A stretch of 63,785 nt of DNA, filler included, from Olpidium bornovanus S191 (lineage: Eukaryota; Fungi; Olpidiomycota): assembly GCA_017911155.1 (NCBI GenBank). It is 29 parts of 29 records of this genome, joined end to end, with 100 filler letters (N's around TTAATTAATTAA, not from the genome) between each part and the next. Parts side by side here need not be neighbours in the genome. Positions count along the whole stretch, not along the records: positions 45,737 to 49,287 come from JAEFCI010003092.1; positions 49,388 to 51,577 come from JAEFCI010008181.1; positions 51,678 to 53,547 come from JAEFCI010012829.1; positions 53,648 to 54,713 come from JAEFCI010001659.1; positions 54,814 to 56,031 come from JAEFCI010004349.1; positions 56,132 to 57,857 come from JAEFCI010006948.1; positions 57,958 to 60,161 come from JAEFCI010011484.1; 22 more parts are not named here. One strand, 5' to 3'. A program made the translations under genes and the position numbers. Under the pieces are notes generated by a model, which worked only from the letters and a program-made list of their open reading frames with translations, was not told the DNA's origin and did no database searches. Of the stretch, positions 45,737 through 59,071 are shown in pieces (position 1 is the stretch's first letter; each line of letters begins with the position of its first letter).

Positions 45737-47245
45737 CAGCTCGGTAGGCGGATCCATAAGCAAACATTTGCGACCGACGATAATTGCGTGCAGTTGACTG
45801 ACTGTCAAAAGTATTTGTATGCAGGGAGTGTCGCCCGTCAATACGCTGCTGGGCATGGTGCGGATAGATCCGGACGTCTCGATCTCCATGCTCACCGCCA
45901 AGGACGGCAACACCGACTTCTGCCTGCTCCCCATAAACCAGTTAGGCAAGGCGGTGCTGTTCTTGGCTGCACCGCTGGCGATGATCGGAACGGTCGTCCT
46001 AGGAATGCGCATCGCCAGGGTCACGCACCGAGCGAGGCTCTTCGAAGCGCTTGGATTCCAGAAAGCCGGGCGGTTTGTCCCGGCGTTTCTCAAATCGAGA
46101 ACCAAACACGACGTCGAGAGCGGCCTGGTGGCAATTATCTTCTTCACGATCGTGCCCGGTATCATCGCGGCCGCGGCGATTCTCGACTGCCAGCTGGCCG
46201 GAGACCAGGGGCATTACCTCCGGCGGTACCCCGGCGCGAAATGCTTCACGCCGGAACACATCGTCGCGGCCAGCTTCGCGGCCACGATTTTGTTCGTCCT
46301 CGGAATCGTGTTTCCGTTTTTCATTTACTGGAGGTTGCGGAAGATCTTCAGCAATCGCAGCAGCACGACGTCTATGGATTTTCACCGATACCGGGTACGC
46401 CTCCTGTTGCGAAAGTGTTAGTTTCCAGTTTGATCCCTCTGTTGCAAACTGAAATGGCGTTTTCTCCCAATCATTATGGCAGACGCTTTTCATATTGTGA
46501 GGGGGTGCAGCGTTATATTGGATTTGTTTCCTGAGCGGGTTATCGATCCTGAACGGCTGCTGGCACTCACCCGTCACAGTTACCGCGGGAAATTCTACAT
46601 GTGGTGTCTTGTCGACCTCTTTCGACGGGTTTGTTGGGAACAGAGATTCGAAACGGGGCCCTCGCTGGGTCTTTTCTACGTGTTTCGTTGCTTACATACG
46701 GCTGCCCAAACAGTTTGCTTTCGTCGTCGCCAGCGTGTTATTTGTGCACAACGACATGGAATATATGCAAGCAATATTCGGGGTCTCCATGATTCTCATG
46801 TTCCTGACATTTTGTAAACCATACATAAGCGAAATGGTGAGCGCGCCCCCTCCCCCCCCCTCCCGCAAACGACCTCTAGATCGATATCCAATTTTTTTTA
46901 TCATTTTGCTTTCGTTCGCTCACATTTACGTCTTTCTGCTAGGACAACTTTATGTACTTCGCTGTTACCCTTGCGACTCTTAGTATGACTTCTTTACGCC
47001 TGGTGATGTTGCTGCCATCGAGCACAGAAGAAGAGCGGGCGCTGTTTTCCCGATGGCAAGTCGTCATGCTGCTCGTGCCATGTGTGCTCCCGGCCATCAA
47101 TGTTGTTATCCTATATAGGAAAAGGCATCAGGTAGAAACAATAGGGCAGAGGACGTCAAAGCTGCGGGCATCCGACATTATGGCAAGAACCGTCCCCGAT
47201 TCCGGACCTTTGTGCCGCACGGCAACGATAGATCAAAATGTATAA
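45737..47245 (+). CDS. Multi-pass (about 7 TM) C-terminal domain of a large cell-surface protein (TRP-like/adhesion-GPCR-like type), 5' partial
   Basis: Successive hydrophobic helices with ILDCQL..HYLRRYPGAKCFTPEH, YRGKFYMWCLVDLFRR and FCKPY motifs, joined by GT-AG introns. Confidence 0.65.
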
Positions 47246-47717
47246 TACAGTTCCCCGAAAACCGAAGCAGACACCAGATTTTGCCAAGCGTCGCGGGCCA
47301 TCCTGCGAATGCTTTAGGTACGCCTGGAAAGCAGCAACCGGTGAATGAACATCGCAGAAGCCATTCCGGAACGTATCATTCTTCACCGGTGCTGCACGAA
47401 CCCCCTCCCCCGGCGTTACTACGCGATTTGGGTCCGCCGAGCACGCGTCGGCCATATGCCTCGTCGCGGAAAGGAAATGCGCGTCGGAAGCGTGTGGGGA
47501 AAGACGGGGTGGGTGGGGGCGGGTGGTGCGTGTTTTCCGCCAAAACGGGCCCGCCCGCGCCTTCTCCCGCCCCGAAGCAAACGGTCGAACAGCCCGGGCA
47601 AACCGCCTCCACCCCGTTTCTCCCTTTTGGCACAACCTGCGGGAGAGAAAGAGAGAGAGCGTGCTCCGCTTGCCGGTGGAGGAGGGAAGGAGCCTTTCAA
47701 TACGCGCGAGGAGGAGA

Positions 47718-49287
<1,570 letters not shown>

Positions 49288-49789
49288 NNNNNNNNNNNNN
49301 NNNNNNNNNNNNNNNNNNNNNNNNNNNNNNNTTAATTAATTAANNNNNNNNNNNNNNNNNNNNNNNNNNNNNNNNNNNNNNNNNNNNAAACGCCGAATTG
49401 ATTAGCAAAGGCTTTTCGTTCAGTCGGCGTTGCCGTGCACATTTCCCCGCTCCCTTGGCGACCAGCGGGCGTAGGCAATTGTTACGTTGACTTCGGTACA
49501 GCAGCATGCTGTGTGTGTTCAGCTGAGCGATGACGCGCAGCTTCGTGCCTGGCGGTGAAAGACAACGACAAGACCTCGGCAATGCTCTGAGTAGGCTCAC
49601 TCGCCGAGCTCGCCAGGCACCGACGCGCCGTAGATCTCAGAACCACACCCGAACGCGGTCACCTAGAGCGACGCACGCGATTCCCCGTTGGACTTTGCCG
49701 AATGATTTAGGAAAGGCTGTGTGCATGCGACGGGCGAGAACCCCTTCTATTCGTCGTCTAGAATTGTCTGGTTTTAAACTGACATCAAA

Positions 49790-50667
49790 TCACGTTTTTG
49801 TCCCAATGACATCCAATTTGTACATAGTCACTCGGCCGAACAGATCACTTGACGATTCGAAAACGATCCTCAGTCGATCCAGCGGTTCCGACGTATCTAC
49901 CTGAAAAACGTGCACGTCGAAAAGCGCAAAGCAAGAAGTCAAAGAGAACGGGACGGATCACATTGGCAGTCAACAAGATGTTTTGCGCGGTCATCTCCTT
50001 TGGTGCATACTTGAACGCTCAAAAGAGGATATCTGCAGGCCGTTGGTGTCCTCGGCGCAGAAACGAAGGATCTCTTTGAACTCCGGGGCGCCGGGGTTGC
50101 AGCCGAGTAGCACGCACTCCCGGCCAGCGAAGCCGCCCTGGAACTCAAGGCGGAGCTCAGACACGAGAACTGGCACGTCAAACTGCACGGCCACGAACTG
50201 CGGGGACCCCTGGTCGGAATTCCAACACGTCTCCGAGTCACCGTCCACGAGGTGCTGCTTGCCGAAGTTCAACGTGTCCTTATGCAAGACGGAGCTGACT
50301 CTGCGGGAATTCCGAGCGCGTTGTCGCAACAAAAACATCGGGAGAGAGAGGAGGTGCGAGTCAGCGCCGTGGCAACTGGCCGAGCGCGAGGGCCGGCGTC
50401 CCTCTTTGTCAGGAGTTACGCCTCGACTGCGACACGCCCGGACGGCAGAGGGGCCTCGTCGCGCACCTGGCCCCCTGACGGCGCCTTGAAAACCGCCGTG
50501 CTGCTGATGACTTAACGCCTGCGGCCGCTGCCAGGTCGGCAAGGAGGTCCCGCAGTCCAAACGCAGCCTTTCCGCTGCTAGCTGTCCTTCGGCCCCTGCG
50601 ACCAGGGGCCGTTACCTCTTCCCCGCGCCCACCTGAGCTTGGTATCGGCAGTGATCAGCGACGCCAT
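49790..50667 (-). CDS. NR2C2AP: Nuclear receptor 2C2-associated protein (TRA16) homologue
   Basis: MASLITADTKLR|VSSVLHKDTLNFGKQHLVDGDSETCWNSDQGSPQ...FQGGFAG...EDTNGLQ; last exon DRLRIVFESSSDLFGRVTMYKLDVIG. Confidence 0.9.
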
Positions 50668-51029
50668 CGTCCTCCGTCCCGCCCTTTCCGCGGGGAGAAA
50701 GCGGGAGGGTGCAGGGGCCGCCCCGAAGTCCGCCGGTTTTTTCCCGGGAGCACATATATATATATATATTTTTTTTTTTTGCGGAGAAAACCTCGGCGGG
50801 CGGCGAGACCCATCCTCTTTCCCCCTCCCGCGCATCTGCAATTTGCCCGAATCACAAAAAAAAAAAACAAAAAAAGGATACTACGGTAAACGAGGCAGTC
50901 CTCGCTAGCTATGAGTACCCGTACTCACGCAGTAGGCTGGTATTTCTTCAAGAGAGCACTCATACCACGCACTCACCTAAAAAGAACAACAATGCCGAGG
51001 CCGCAGCTGACGCCCTGCTTTCTGCATCA

Positions 51030-51335
51030 ACATCCGACCATCCGACCATCCGACTATCCGACCATCCCTCACCCTTCCCTTCTGCGTCGGACGGTCACGG
51101 TCACTGTCACGGACACGGTCCGACCATCCGACCATCCGACCATCCGACCAGCCGACCTTCCAACCATCCGACCTTCCAACCATCCCTCACCCTTCCCTTC
51201 TGCGTCGGACGGTCACGGTCATGGTCACGGTCACGGACACGGTCACGGACACGGTCACGGACACGGTCACGGACACGGTCACGGACACGGTCACGGACAC
51301 GGTCACGGACACGGTCATGGACACGGTCATGGACG
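51030..51335. repeat. Compound array: (CCGACCAT)n, a duplicated ~40-bp spacer block and (GGTCACGGACAC)n
   Basis: Visible directly in the sequence. Confidence 0.92.
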
Positions 51336-51355
51336 CACACGGTCAGCAGTCAACG

Positions 51356-51577
51356 ATGGTGACTGACCCTGGCGGCCACCATGCGGAGACAGAGACCTTG
51401 GCCGAGAAGGCGGCCCTTCTCGAGCGCAAAGTCGCCGACCTCGAAGCGCGGAAGCGCATCGACCAGCTAGAGGCTCGGAAGGCCGCGCTGGAGCAGGGAA
51501 GGGAACTTCCTGAGACCCGCCCTGCCGGCAGCTTCCTCACCCTCGAGGACTTGGCTGCCATGGTAGCCGACGCCATG
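51356..51577 (+). mobile_element. Coiled-coil ORF start, possibly a retroelement gag N-terminus
   Basis: LAEKAALLERKVADLEARKRIDQLEARKAALEQ is similar in character to the coiled-coil gag leaders at 11248 and 17020. It is truncated by the contig end. Confidence 0.3.
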
Positions 51578-52339
51578 NNNNNNNNNNNNNNNNNNNNNNN
51601 NNNNNNNNNNNNNNNNNNNNNTTAATTAATTAANNNNNNNNNNNNNNNNNNNNNNNNNNNNNNNNNNNNNNNNNNNNCATGACAGCAAAATAAAAACACT
51701 ACTCCTTGGCTTTGACACACTGATGAAGTGGCCCGGCAAAAATCGTGGCAGTGAAATGCATCACTTTATTGGACTGCACTGGCAATGCGTGAGGTCAAGG
51801 CTTAATTGGGAAGAGTCGGAAGGTGAAGTTAACCGAGAGTCAGAGAGGTGCCTGCCGCGTCCGTGTCTGTCCGTCCGTCCGTCCGTCTTTGTCTGTCTCT
51901 CTCGCCCCAGGGGAAGGCGTGGCCCAGAAGACGACGCGAACGCCCTCCGTACACACTCTCTCTTCACGCGAGCAACTCCACGCTGCGCCGGGCAGAAGGG
52001 TCACGTGACCCACTTTAAACATAAAGCAATCACGTGATTGCTTTGGTTTGCACCCCGTTTTCGAACACCCACTGTCAGTCCTTTTCCCCTCCACCCCGTC
52101 GCCCCTTTCTGCCGCCGCCGCTGCTGCCGCCGTCGCTGCTGCCGCCGCCGCTGCTGCCGCCGTCGCTGCTGCCGCCGCCGCTGCTGCCGCCGCTGCCGCC
52201 AGCGCGCGACTCGCAAACAGAGAAGAAAGAGCACGTATACGACGGCCGCCGCGCGCGCGATCCCCCGGGGCGGCTCCCGTAAGACCGCCCCGCCGCCCGG
52301 AAAAAGAACGCGCAGGCCGGTCGAGGGGCGACCCGCGCC

Positions 52340-53547
52340 ATGCGCCTCCCCCTGCCCTACCTGTGCGCCCTCGCGCTGCCGCTGCTGGTGCTGCAGTCGC
52401 TGGCCCTGGCCCGGACCAAGGCCTCGAAAGACTATTACGATCTCCTCGGCGTCGGGCGGCAGGCGAGCAAGCAGCAGATTAAAAAGGCCATGAGGGATCT
52501 TGCCATCAAGCACCACCCGGACAAGGGCGGTTCCGCGGATTTCTTCGCTGAAATTTCCCACGGTAAAAAGAAAGAAGGAAAAGCGGGCCGCTTCCCTGAA
52601 TCGCGGTGGCCGCTCTCAAGTTCTACCAATCAACCATTACCAGTCAACCACTGACCTTACTTTTCTATTCTCCACCTTTCCTTTTATCGGGGCCAGCCGC
52701 CGACACGTTGTTGGACGACGAAAAGCGGCGTATTTACGACCAGTACGGCGAAGAAGGCTTGAAGAAGAACCAGGGGGCAAGGGAGGGCCACCACGACCCC
52801 TTCGACGTCTTTTCGCACTTTTTTGGAGGGTTTGGGGGTGGCCACGGGCCTTTCCAGTCAGGCGAGAACAGGGGCCCGCAAGTCGTCTTGGATCTGCCTG
52901 TGGATCTGCGGGATCTCTACACTGGCACGGAGATTGAGGTTGATATTAGCAAGCAGGTCATCTGCGACTCGTGCCGAGGGACGGGTGCCGAGAAGGTCGA
53001 CGACGTGAAGCCCTGTGCCACCTGTGGCGGGCGGGGATTGAGGATTGTCAAACAGATGCTCGGCCCGGGGATATACCAGCAGATGCAAACCACGTGCGAC
53101 GCGTGCGGCGGCAGGGGGAAGATCGTCAAATCGACGTGTCAGACCTGCAAAGGCCGCAAGGTCCGGCGCGGCAGCGACCGCCTTACGGTCGTCGTGGAGA
53201 AAGGGATGCGGGACGAGCAGCGCATCGAGTTTGCCGCAGAGGGCGACGAAAGTCCGGATCATCTTCCGGGCGACGTGATCTTCGTCGTGCGGGAGCAGGC
53301 TCACCCCGTTTTCGTGCGGCGAGGCGACAACCTCTACACGAAGGAGGCCATAACACTGCTGGAGGTGCGGCGTCCTGGTCTTTGGGGAAAAGAGGCGTTC
53401 CGCCCTATCTCCAACAGTACGGGCGGTCATGTTTTACTGCTGATTGCTGACATCTCGCTCCGGCCGTCCGAAGGCGTTGACAGGCTTTGAACGGAAATTC
53501 AAGCATCTTGACGGCGAGGAGGTCCTTGTCCGACGGACGAATGTGAC
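52340..53547 (+). CDS. SCJ1: ER-luminal type I DnaJ (Scj1-like), 3' partial
   Basis: Signal peptide, J domain (DYYDLLGV...HHPDKGG), G/F region, four CxxCxGxG motifs and PGDVIFVV. Confidence 0.93.
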
Positions 53548-53647
53548 NNNNNNNNNNNNNNNNNNNNNNNNNNNNNNNNNNNNNNNNNNNNTTAATTAAT
53601 TAANNNNNNNNNNNNNNNNNNNNNNNNNNNNNNNNNNNNNNNNNNNN

Positions 53648-53972
53648 CCGCCAGCTTGATATGGAACTCAATGATATCGGCTTCACGAACGCCTTACAGG
53701 AACCTTGTGTTTATGTACATCGTGACATGAATCATCAGATCGACGCGTTGATGGCGATTTACGTCGACGATCTGATCATCGCCGGGCCTGACCAACAAAA
53801 GCTCACTGATTTGGAAATCGAAATTGCAAGGAGATTCGAACTGAGTAGCAGCGGCCCGTTGACCCAAATACTCGGCATTCGCCTGTCACAAGACAAAAAC
53901 GGCAATCGTACCTTGGATCAGGAGCAATATATACGGCGCCTACTCGAACGAATGCAGGAGGAGGAGTGTTGA
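53648..53972 (+). mobile_element. Ty1/copia reverse transcriptase fragment
   Basis: IGFTNALQEPCVYV...LMAIYVDDLIIAG...FELSSSGPLTQILGIRL...LDQEQYIRRLLERM. Confidence 0.92.
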
Positions 53973-54099
53973 AATTGCGTTCTCTCGTTTTTTTTTGGAT
54001 TCTAGTTAGAACCTTTCAATGTTTAGTGTGTACCCTTCCTTATAACGCGTAAAATTCTCTCTCTGAATAAAATCGCCCCACGGCGCAAAAACCAACACC

Positions 54100-54713
54100 T
54101 TTTCCTCGAGCTCGGTCGGTGGCTCGCTGCCGCGAGTACAGGAACCCCCCCTCGAGCGACGAAAGCGATCCGAGCAGCGGCGGGGGACTACTTCCTCCAA
54201 GGCGGGCATCTATGGCGGCGAGGGGCCGACCTGGTCGATTCGGAGCCGCGGCGAGTGGTCTGCCGTCCGGAGGACCGGGCACAGATCCTTGAGGCGGCGC
54301 ACGAGCACCTGGGGGCGGGCCACTTTGCCTTGGAACAAACGCAAAGGAAGGTGGCAGAGCGATACTACTGGCCGGGGCTACGACGGGACGTGGCCAAGCA
54401 CATCGCCACGTGTGAGATCTGCCAAGCGTGCAGCAGACAACAATTCTACGAAGGGCTGCGGTCGGCGTGCCCGGCCTCGATCAACTTCGAATGGTACGTG
54501 GACCTGGTCGAGATGCCGAAGGTAAAAGGGTACCGATACGCTGGACTGGCTCGAGAAGGGGTGACCAACTTCTGCGAAGGGCAGCCGTTACAGAGCAAGC
54601 ACTCAGCGAGCGTGGGTCGCTTCCTGCTCGTGGAGGTGATCTGTCGATACGGGCCCTGTAATCGATTTCGGGCGGACCGGGGCGAGCTGCGCGCAAGCGA
54701 GGTGCGTGAGTTC
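54100..54713 (+). mobile_element. Ty3/gypsy integrase fragment (H2C2 + rve start)
   Basis: YFLQGGHLWRR...ILEAAHEHLGAGHF...YYWPGLRRDVAKHIATCEICQ...WYVDLVEMP...VICRYG...RADRGEL. Confidence 0.92.
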
Positions 54714-54949
54714 NNNNNNNNNNNNNNNNNNNNNNNNNNNNNNNNNNNNNNNNNNNNTTAATTAATTAANNNNNNNNNNNNNNNNNNNNNNNNNNNNNNN
54801 NNNNNNNNNNNNNCATGCTCTTTGATGAGCTCTTCATCGGTGGGCTGGGTGGCTCCATCGGCGAGGGTTGGGGAAACCCCTCTCGTCTGCGGGTGCGTCC
54901 ACAGGTGAACTCGCGCTTCACCCACACCAAAACACAACGAACGAAACCG

Positions 54950-55470
54950 CTTGTCCCTGTCGCCGTCGAGGCACACCAATTGCGCAAAGCGTTGCAAAAC
55001 GACCGCGACAACGTCTCCCCACTGATATTAACCGCCGCGTCACTCCGTTCACTGCGCTAGGCCAAGATACCGCGGCACAAACCGTATAAGAAGCGACAAC
55101 GTCGGCAGGAGGCATTGGGAGTAAACCGAAAAGGGGACACTCGCAGTCAAAAGCACTGGAACGTAGCGAAACGACGCAACCTTTTTGAACAGGCCCTGGT
55201 GCGTGACAAACGTTGCCTTCTCCGCGTTTGACACGTCGAGAGGCGCTTGCCAATAACCGGAAAGCATGTTGAAGACGTAACAAATCATCTACCGTATCAT
55301 CAATGCGGGGCAGCAGGTGCCGTCTACGGCGAGCGATCGGGCGGATTACGCCAGCCTCTAGCATTTTGGCGGTTTCCTCTTCGACAAGCTTACGTTTTGC
55401 GGGCTTTTGCCTTTGTGGGGGGAGCGCACGCGGTTTGGCGTATCCCGTGTGAACGGCATGCCGCTTAACT
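54950..55470 (-). mobile_element. Heavily degenerate Ty3/gypsy RT fragment
   Basis: HAVHTGYAKP...EEETAKMLEAGVIRP, LPRIDDTVD, SGYWQAPLD..EKATFVTHQGLF and RFVPRY, spread over shifted frames. Confidence 0.8.
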
Positions 55471-56199
55471 TTTCTTCTGATTTGCCCGGGATTACGCGTT
55501 GTCGCAAAGAAAAAGAGGAAATATAACCTCAAGAAGGCGTCCGACAACCAAAAAGGAAATTCCTTAACCAAATTCCAAAACCGATGTATAAGATTTCCCC
55601 CCCCCCCCAGAAGATCGCGTTGCTAAGAAAACGGCGAATCCTTCCCTTCCCCATGTTTCAGAGTGGGCGCGCTGCCGCTAAAAGGAAAGCCCCAGGCGCC
55701 CCTCAAACCACGAAAAAGCAGAGTAGAGGAAAGGAGCGAAGCGGAAAACGCAGGTGAGAGAGAGAAGAGCGGGAGAAAGAGGACAAACGGAAGAAAACAG
55801 AAGAGGGGAAAGCGACCACGATCGACGGGAATTTGGGTTTTGAGAGTGGGGATTTGAAATTGAGCCGCGGAATATTGGAATTAACGGTCCCTTCCAAGGC
55901 CCAGCGTCGCCACCCCTTTCTGCCCGAAATATCCTCTATAACGTGGTGGAGAAAACACCGTTCGCCTGAATATGGCGCAGCAGGTTTATCAGCTCCTTCA
56001 GCGGGGTGTCAGATGCAGTCTCAATGCCATGNNNNNNNNNNNNNNNNNNNNNNNNNNNNNNNNNNNNNNNNNNNNTTAATTAATTAANNNNNNNNNNNNN
56101 NNNNNNNNNNNNNNNNNNNNNNNNNNNNNNNGCCTAGGATATTGACGATATGCTGGACAATTTCCTGGCAATACGCCCTGATCAGCTTCTCCCCGACCT

Positions 56200-57330
56200 G
56201 ACGGACTCGTTCACATCCCTCGTCGAGCTCATTTCCAGTGCCCCGGCCATGGAGGGGACAGCAGCGTTCGCCGAGGGATTTTGTTTGCCCCTCCCCTGGC
56301 CCCCAGGGCTGCGTTCACGTGGCTTCTCGAGCTCACGTCCAGTGGAATCTTCGGCTCTTTGGCTCTTTGAGCTCACGTTTGAAGTAGCGGCTTTCTAATC
56401 GTTCCGTTCTCATGATTGCCGCAATTGCACGACGCTGGGAACGCTGTTCCCGCAGATTTGCCATTTTTTGGGTTTGGTCTTGGGCTTGGGCTTGGGTGGT
56501 GGAGGAGTTGCTCCACGTTGTCGGCCGCGTTCCGAACTCCGCGCCTTTAGCTGCTCACGCGCTTTTCGCTGCTACGCGGCTTTGGAGGAGCTTTTGGAGG
56601 AGCGGCTTTTACGCGTTTGGGAGCCAGCACCCCCCGCCGCTGCTGCTGCAGCACCTCCTGCACCTCTTCTTCCTGCGCCTCCTCCTCCTCCTGCGATTTC
56701 TCCTCAGCTGTCGCCTGCGATCTTTTCACCGTCCTCGTCACCTCCCACAACGACAGCACGAACAGGTCGAAAGCACGGAGGAAAGGCCACTTTCCCTGCT
56801 GTTCTGGTGTGCAGCAGTTCCAAGATTCGCGGACGCCATCCTTGAAACCTGCGGCGACTTCTCACGCAAGGTCAATCTGCTTGGTTTTCGGGGTCTTCTC
56901 TGTGCAAACTTTCCCCTCCTGCCTGGCTGCATGGCAGGCAGAACGGAAGCTGGCTCTCAAAACCGCCTTCTCGGCAGGCACGAAAACCGCGACGTTGCGG
57001 GCTTTTGTTCGGGTACGTTTCATCTCGTTTTGTCTTAGGGGAGCCGCCTGCGGCTTTGCCAGTCTTGGCGTTCCTTGTCCCACGCTTGGCCGTGTTGGGG
57101 AAGTTGTGGGAAGTGACGGAAAGTGCGGGGTGTGGGTGTTGTAAGGGCTGTGGGAGGCGCTGCGGGAGGCGTTGTGGGAAGCGTTGTGGGAGGAGGCGTT
57201 GCGGGCAGCGTTGTTGGCGGAGTCATCAAGGGAGGCGCCGTGGCCCCCCCCCACTTCTTCCCCCAAGACGTCTCAACCTCCTCCACCAACAAGACCGTCA
57301 ACGCCGTCCTGGTCATCCAGCAGGTCCGGC
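56200..57330 (-). pseudogene. Stop-riddled ORF remnant, possibly Myb/SANT-like transposon-derived
   Basis: Pro/Thr-rich stretch, then KRTRTKARNVAVFVPAEKAVLR...KQIDLA*EVAAGF and a basic low-complexity tail, with multiple stops. Confidence 0.25.
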
Positions 57331-57732
57331 ATGGGGGTTTCAAACTTGGAGGAAGGTCGGCTAGCAGACCTGAGTGATGTAATGTGAGGAGCGCTCACAG
57401 AGGAGCGCTCACGTAGAGTAAGTAATGAGAGAATTTTAGGTTTAGGATGAGCACGGACGAGGAAGAAACCCCTGGCATTTTATTCTGAGTTTTACTAATC
57501 TTTTTTTCGCGGGGGGTCCCATTCCCGCGTGAACCCCTGCGGAGGGGGTTCCGCTGTGGACCTCTTCAGCCTTCCCGCGCTCGCGGCGAGAGAATTTTAG
57601 GCCTGAACGGAGGCGCGGCGGGGGAGTGAATACAGGAGGGGGTTGATTTTCTGCCCCCATTTTTTTTTTTTTTTTTTTTTTCCCTTTCTCCCCCCCCGGC
57701 AGAGACGGCCCGGGGGGGGGATCCCCCCCCCC

Positions 57733-57775
<43 letters not shown>

Positions 57776-57957
57776 AAAGTCGACATCGAAGTTTTCGAGC
57801 GTCAAACGTGGGAAACACCCGGCGACAACACCCTGCTTTCGCAGCGCGCCAAAACCCNNNNNNNNNNNNNNNNNNNNNNNNNNNNNNNNNNNNNNNNNNN
57901 NTTAATTAATTAANNNNNNNNNNNNNNNNNNNNNNNNNNNNNNNNNNNNNNNNNNNN

Positions 57958-58491
57958 CATGTTCCGTCGTGGCTCGCCGACGCGCGGTCGTCGATGAGCC
58001 CACACTGCGTCATTACACTGATCGGCAGCAAGTCGGACTTGGAGTCGGAGCGGGCGGTATCGTACGAGGAGGCCCTAAATTTTGCAAGGTGCGGAAAACG
58101 TCTGCTGTCATCCACGTAAGCCGAAGGCGAAATGTTAAGCGTCTCCGGCGTCCGCATTAGAGAAAATAATCTCCTCTTCGCTGAAGCAAGCGCAAAGTCC
58201 GGTGACGCTGTGGAGGAGGCCTTCATCGGTACGGGTGCCTGAGTAAACTGGAGTGGCGATTTTCTTTTCGGGCCGCTGAAAGACACCTGTCTCCCACACT
58301 GCACAGAATCTGCACGGCGTACACACCAGCTAATCCTAAGCGGCACGGTCAACCCGTCACGGCCGAATTTTGGCGTTCAACGCAGGAGGACCAACGCGCA
58401 AGTGGACCTTCCGTCACTGAACAATGTCTACGGCGCAGGGCAGACCTACGACGCGGCGGGGAGCAGCAGCAATTGCGCGTGCAGAGTTTAA
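57958..58491 (+). CDS. Rab GTPase of the Rab2/4/14 group, C-terminal exons
   Basis: SWLADARSSMSPHCVITLIGSKSDLESERAVSYEEALNFAR|ENNLLFAEASAKSGDAVEEAFI|ESARRTHQLILSGTVNPSRPNFGVQ...SSNCACRV*. Confidence 0.85.
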
Positions 58492-59071
58492 TTGATTCCT
58501 AATTTTGTCTCGCTTTTTATATTGTCGCCGCATCCTATTCAGTTGTAGGCATTTTGTAGACATCTTCAAGCCATTTGTGACCTTTTGCTTCCTGGTCATC
58601 ATTTTTCTTTTTGGTTTAGTGCAGCGCATTGCATTCAAACTAATCAATCGATAATGCCTGAGATAATTTTTCTCTGGACCGCTTGTCGCTGCTAGTGGCG
58701 CTCTTCTGTTTCTCACCACCAGCCCATCCTGGACCGCGGAGGGATTGCTCGGGCGGCGAGAAACGCGTAAAGACAGAACGCGGGTTAAGCGAAAGTGGGG
58801 AAGCGCCTGCGGTGTTGGGGTGGAAAGGGAGACGATGAATACTCATCGATGCCGCAATAGACGATTCCCACTTCCTCCGAAGTGGTCATCATCCAGTGGC
58901 GCAGCCAAAAGCCTTTTCCCGTCACGTAACCTCCGGGATCGGCGCCACAGCAGAACGCGTCTTCCTTTTTTTTTTTTTTTTTTTTTTTTTTCCTTCTCTT
59001 CTGCCTTTCCGTCGCCCGCGAAAGGCAGAGAATTTCACGACGCAACAACCAGCGGAACGACTCTCTATAGA

